DNA of 64,000 nt, taken from positions 640,001 through 704,000 of the forward strand of contig CAWJEN010000005.1 of the NCBI GenBank assembly GCA_963841915.1, in the 5' to 3' direction. A program made the position numbers and the translations under genes. Below are positions 60,305 through 64,000 of this stretch, one piece after another. This DNA is from an uncultured Planctomycetota bacterium. Lineage in GTDB: Bacteria > Planctomycetota > Phycisphaerae > Tepidisphaerales > Tepidisphaeraceae. Under the pieces are notes generated by a model. It was not told the DNA's origin. It did not search any database and saw only the letters and a list, made by a program, of their open reading frames with translations. The first letter of the stretch is position 1. Every line of letters starts with the position of its first letter.

Positions 60305-60967
60305 CTAGTGGGCGTGGTCGTGGCCGTAGGTCAGTTGGCCCGTGCTGCCGTGCGTGTCGAGGCCGGCCGCACCGAGGTGCGTCGCGACGGCTGTGATGGT
60401 CTGATCCATCTTGCCGAGGTACGTCGTCTCGAAGCTGCCGACCGGCAGCTCTTTGTCGAAAAGAAGGTCTTTGTCCAGGTTAGTCGCCGACGGGGCCAGC
60501 ACAAAATCGTACCCGTACGCGTCGGCAAACGCCTGCAGCTGGTTGTGCGTCGACTCGATCTTGCGGTTCTCGGCCGGCACGAGTTGCACAGCTCGCCTCG
60601 CGTAGCCGTCGAGACTCACGAGCTTCTCGACGTAGGCGTCGCGGTTCGACGAGATGCGGTCGGCGTGCTGCGGGAATGCCTCCATCAATTGCTCGGCAGC
60701 GGGTTCGACGGCATCTGCGGCAAAGCTGCCGATGTCGCTCCAGCCGTCAGGACTCAACTTGTCGACACGGACGTTCAAGTCGACGACATCGCCTGCCGGC
60801 GCGTGCTTGACGGGAATCCCGGTGCCGGCGACGAGGACGCTCACCGCTTCGGCGACCTCCGGAGACGCGTGCGTGACACTGACGCTCGTGGCCGCGGGCG
60901 TATCAGACTCGCCGCACCCGCATAGAAGCAAAGCAAGAAGCGTCAGCAACAAGGTGGCAAGCCGCAT
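60305..60967 (-). CDS. Degenerate ZnuA/TroA-like metal-binding lipoprotein
   Basis: Lipobox LCGC; FPQHA...N...Y...L..LD; STHNQLQAFADAYG. Confidence 0.55.
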   Translation of the reverse strand: MRLATLLLTLLALLLCGCGESDTPAATSVSVTHASPEVAEAVSVLVAGTGIPVKHAPAGDVVDLNVRVDKLSPDGWSDIGSFAADAVEPAAEQLMEAFPQHADRISSNRDAYVEKLVSLDGYARRAVQLVPAENRKIESTHNQLQAFADAYGYDFVLAPSATNLDKDLLFDKELPVGSFETTYLGKMDQTITAVATHLGAAGLDTHGSTGQLTYGHDHAH

Positions 60968-61002
60968 GGTTCATGGTACGGCCGTCTCGGCTACGGTGGC
61001 GC

Positions 61003-61890
61003 GTGAACGATGACCTGAAGATCGCCATCATCGGCGGTAGCGGCATGGCCGACCTGCTCGCCGACCGCGACGCGACCCTGTACGACATCGACACGCCTTT
61101 TGGTAAGCCGTCGGCACCGATCCTCGAGACGACCTTCGACGGCGTCCAGGTGCTGCTGCTCCGCAGGCACGGTATCGGGCACGTCCACAACCCAACAGCC
61201 GTGCCGTACCGGGCCAATGTCTTCGCACTCAAGCAGCTCGGCGCGACGCACGTGATCGCCAGTGGTGCCGTGGGCAGTCTGCGCAGCGAGATCGAGCCTC
61301 GGCACCTGGTGCTGCCCGACTCGATCATCGACAAGACGATCAAGCGACCCTCGACGTTTTACGAGCAGGCGGCGGTGCACGTGGAGCTGGCCGAGCCGTT
61401 CTGCCCGATCCTGCGGTCGCTGCTCAAAGACGCCGCCGCGAGGGAAAGCGACATCACGCTGCACCCGCGTGGCACCTATGTCTGCATGGAAGGGCCTGCG
61501 TTCAGCACGAAGGCCGAGAGCCACATGCACCGTTTGTGGGGCGGCAGCGTGATCGGCATGACACTCATGCCCGAGGCCAAGCTCGCCCGCGAGGCGGAGC
61601 TGCCTTACGCGACGGTGTGCCTGGCAACCGACTACGACTGCTGGCACGATCGGCCGCAGGATACGGACGAGACGAGCCTCGCCAGTGAGATCATGGGCCA
61701 CCTCAAAGCGGCGTCGGCCAACGCGATGACCGTGCTTCGGGGAGCGATTCAACTGGCGGCGACGCGTGATGGCGAGCTGATGTCCTGCCCGGCCCGCAAC
61801 GCGCTCAAGCAGGCGATCTGGAGCGACAAGTCGCTGGTGGACCCGAGCGAAGTCGAACGACTCGAGCCGCTGTGGGGGCGGTACTTCTAG
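61003..61890 (+). CDS. mtnP: S-methyl-5'-thioadenosine phosphorylase
   Basis: IIGGSG, TPFGKPS, RHG.GH, YRAN, EGPAFSTKAES, IGMT..PEAKLARE, TDYDCW. Confidence 0.92.
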   Translation: MNDDLKIAIIGGSGMADLLADRDATLYDIDTPFGKPSAPILETTFDGVQVLLLRRHGIGHVHNPTAVPYRANVFALKQLGATHVIASGAVGSLRSEIEPRHLVLPDSIIDKTIKRPSTFYEQAAVHVELAEPFCPILRSLLKDAAARESDITLHPRGTYVCMEGPAFSTKAESHMHRLWGGSVIGMTLMPEAKLAREAELPYATVCLATDYDCWHDRPQDTDETSLASEIMGHLKAASANAMTVLRGAIQLAATRDGELMSCPARNALKQAIWSDKSLVDPSEVERLEPLWGRYF

Positions 61891-61899
61891 TGATCGAGG

Positions 61900-62652
61900 T
61901 CAAAAGTCTCTGAGCCGCGCTTCCTCTGGTGGCAACATCTCAGGCCGTCCGATGTGAAGGCTGTCGTCCTTTCGCAGTGTGAGCGGCAGGATCAGCTTCT
62001 GTATTGCAGGTCGTGTCGCAGCCGATGACGACGTCGCCACTTCTTCGAGCGTCGCCACCAGATACGCGACTGATGGCGTCGTTTCGTCCAACTCGGCATT
62101 GAGGAAATCGAGCTTGACGGTCCCACTGACAGGTAGCTCTGCCATCGTGGTGACTCCCGAACGTGTCACCGCTGGGCTCGAGGCAAGTCCGCCGGGTTCG
62201 ATGACCGTCCAGATGAATCGAAGGCCTGCTCCTCTTGATGGCAGTCCGCTTACAAGGACGATTCGCTGATCACCCGTCACGCCCGCCCGCATCGGCCCGG
62301 CATATACGAGCTGCCCCTGACCGGCTGTGACGCCGGCCGCGGCCTGCACTCTCGTGATGTCGAGGGATGAGACTCCGCCGTACATGTAGTCGCCGACTAT
62401 GTCGTCCTGCAGATCGACCTCAAGGTGCCATTGAAGCCCCTGTGCGTTCATCAGAAGCGGCCCTTGAAGCAGCGTCCGCTCGGCGTTGATGAGCTCTATC
62501 CGGCGTTCAACCCGCGGCCAGACGATGATGGACGACGCTGCGGCAGTCACCACGAGAGCGGCGACGGCCAACTTCCCCCAGTGCCGTCGCCACGACGGGA
62601 CTGGCGGTGCATATGCGAGGGTTGTCGGCTCATATTCCACCGCAAGAAGCAT
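61900..62652 (-). CDS. Hypothetical single-TM protein
   Basis: LAYAPP followed by a TM helix and a soluble domain; start uncertain. Confidence 0.55.
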   Translation of the reverse strand: MLLAVEYEPTTLAYAPPVPSWRRHWGKLAVAALVVTAAASSIIVWPRVERRIELINAERTLLQGPLLMNAQGLQWHLEVDLQDDIVGDYMYGGVSSLDITRVQAAAGVTAGQGQLVYAGPMRAGVTGDQRIVLVSGLPSRGAGLRFIWTVIEPGGLASSPAVTRSGVTTMAELPVSGTVKLDFLNAELDETTPSVAYLVATLEEVATSSSAATRPAIQKLILPLTLRKDDSLHIGRPEMLPPEEARLRDF

Positions 62653-62676
62653 AACGCCGCTACGTTGTCGGTGCCG

Positions 62677-63165
62677 ATGCGACTGTTGCCGCATGTCCTT
62701 CTTGCTTACCTCGCCCTGGGCCTGCAGCTCGGGCTCGACGGTCTGCTCACGCTCCGAACGGCCGGTGGTGGGTATGGCAAGTTCGACCTGGTCTACACCG
62801 CCGCGGCTGGCATTTCGGCGATGCTGCCCAAGCAGACGGCCCCGACGGCGGCCCTGGTGATCGGCCTGCTGCACGACCTGGCCACGAGCGGGCCCATCGG
62901 GCCGCGGGCGGTCGGATACGGGTTGGCCGGGCTGCTCATCTCACGGGCGTCGCCGCGCGTGTTCGTGGGGTTCGTGGGTGTCGCTGCGGCCGGTGCTGTT
63001 GTGGCCAGCTTTGCCGCCTGGCTCGTGCTGAGCATTGCCGGTGGCACGCAAACGCTCGGCGGCGCGAGCCTGACCGGCTTCATGACCGCTATCACGACGC
63101 TGGCGCTGGCGTGGCCGTTGTGGAAGCTGCGGGGACGGCTCGTGTTGTCGGAGCGGAGAATGTGA
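62677..63165 (+). CDS. mreD: Rod shape-determining protein MreD-like
   Basis: Hydrophobic 162 aa with GLLHDL...G..AVGY; lies upstream of PBP2. Confidence 0.65.
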   Translation: MRLLPHVLLAYLALGLQLGLDGLLTLRTAGGGYGKFDLVYTAAAGISAMLPKQTAPTAALVIGLLHDLATSGPIGPRAVGYGLAGLLISRASPRVFVGFVGVAAAGAVVASFAAWLVLSIAGGTQTLGGASLTGFMTAITTLALAWPLWKLRGRLVLSERRM

Positions 63166-63327
63166 GGCATTCAGATTGGCTTGACCTGCCGATCGCTTCC
63201 CGTTTCGGACGAAGCCACTGAAGTGGCTCGGCCCACGACGATGTCGAAGAAACTTTGTTACGCTTCGCTGCGTACCACGCAGCGGACGACGGATCGTCCG
63301 GCACCCCTGCCACGGAAGGCAATCCTC

Positions 63328-64000
63328 ATGTTCGAGCGTCGTTCCCGGGTCGTGCTGGCCCTGCTCATTCTCGCGAGCTTCGCCCTGCTGGCCCGGTCGG
63401 CGCAGATTCAGCTCGTCCAGGCTGATGACTGGCGCCAGGTAGCAGAGGAGGCGCTCGTCAAGTCGACGCTGACGGAGGCCGCCCGTGGTCGGTTGCTGGA
63501 TCGCAAAGGTCGTGTGCTGGCCGAAGACGTGCCTTGCAACGACGCAGCCGTCGCGTACTGGTTCGTGAGCGATCCGCCTGACGAGGGCTACCTCAAGCGG
63601 CTGGCCCGTGACCTGGCTCGGCAGAGCGACGGCTACTACACGGCCGACACGGCCGAGCAGGTTCGGCGGGTAGAGGCCAACGTGCCGATCGCCGAGGAGC
63701 GACTGACAGATTTCTGGCAGGAGGTCGCCAGAATTGGAGAGGTATCGTCCAACGAAATGGCCGCCCGTCGCCGGACGACGATGGCCCGCGTCGACGCCCG
63801 AAGGCGAGACGTTGTGCTACGTCGGTACCAGCGGTCGATCGACGAGCACGCCGAAGATGAACTGTCGCCGTGGTGGCGTCGCTGGTTGCTCGGCGAGGGC
63901 GACGCTCCGCCGGAGATGAGCGACTTTGAGGAGCCCATCGCAGACGAGACGCAGGCGCACGTGGTGCTTCGTGACCTGACGAACGACCAGTACAACGAGC
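63328..64000 (+). CDS. mrdA: Class B penicillin-binding protein (PBP2-like), 3' truncated by window edge
   Basis: Manual translation: MFERRSRVVLALL...QIQLV...ARGRLLDRKGRVLAED (PBP dimerisation-domain motif). Confidence 0.75.
   Translation, partial: MFERRSRVVLALLILASFALLARSAQIQLVQADDWRQVAEEALVKSTLTEAARGRLLDRKGRVLAEDVPCNDAAVAYWFVSDPPDEGYLKRLARDLARQSDGYYTADTAEQVRRVEANVPIAEERLTDFWQEVARIGEVSSNEMAARRRTTMARVDARRRDVVLRRYQRSIDEHAEDELSPWWRRWLLGEGDAPPEMSDFEEPIADETQAHVVLRDLTNDQYNE

Overview
GC-rich bacterial chromosomal window, most likely from a Planctomycetota genome of the Phycisphaerae/Tepidisphaerales type. This is inferred from three PEP-CTERM proteins, two prepilin-like DUF1559/H-X9-DG proteins, an LEPRRLLA-motif surface protein, sulfatases, lpxB and mqnC. 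About 55 CDSs; I recognised no rRNA, tRNA, CRISPR array or canonical transposase. Main blocks: (1) 1-18.9 kb, mixed housekeeping: lysC, an ABC-permease/NHL-propeller fusion, a vWA-MoxR operon interrupted by a GxxExxY gene bracketed by ~43-bp inverted repeats, and an MBL-rhodanese. (2) 19.1-38.9 kb, a probable beta-mannan/glucan utilisation locus: PfkB kinase, lyxose/mannose isomerase, SDR, RspA-type dehydratase, sulfatase, an exported cellobiose-2-epimerase-like enzyme, GH5-like enzymes and a GH2 beta-mannosidase. It has LacI and XylR regulators, each linked to a PEP-CTERM + DUF1559 pair, with recognisable operator motifs. (3) 38.9-40.3 kb, decayed DNA. (4) 40.3-64 kb: Tat sulfatase, sodium:solute symporter, a 1332-aa Asp-box/CBM/LamG surface protein, mqnC, thiE, an orphan DNA methyltransferase, mlaEF-lpxB, phoU, alr, mtnP and mreD-mrdA. 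Three genes (lysC, vWA, DUF1559) carry single-base frameshifts that look like sequencing indels. Top hunt candidates: the inverted-repeat-flanked GxxExxY cassette (11471-12038) and the co-regulated PEP-CTERM/DUF1559 glycan modules.
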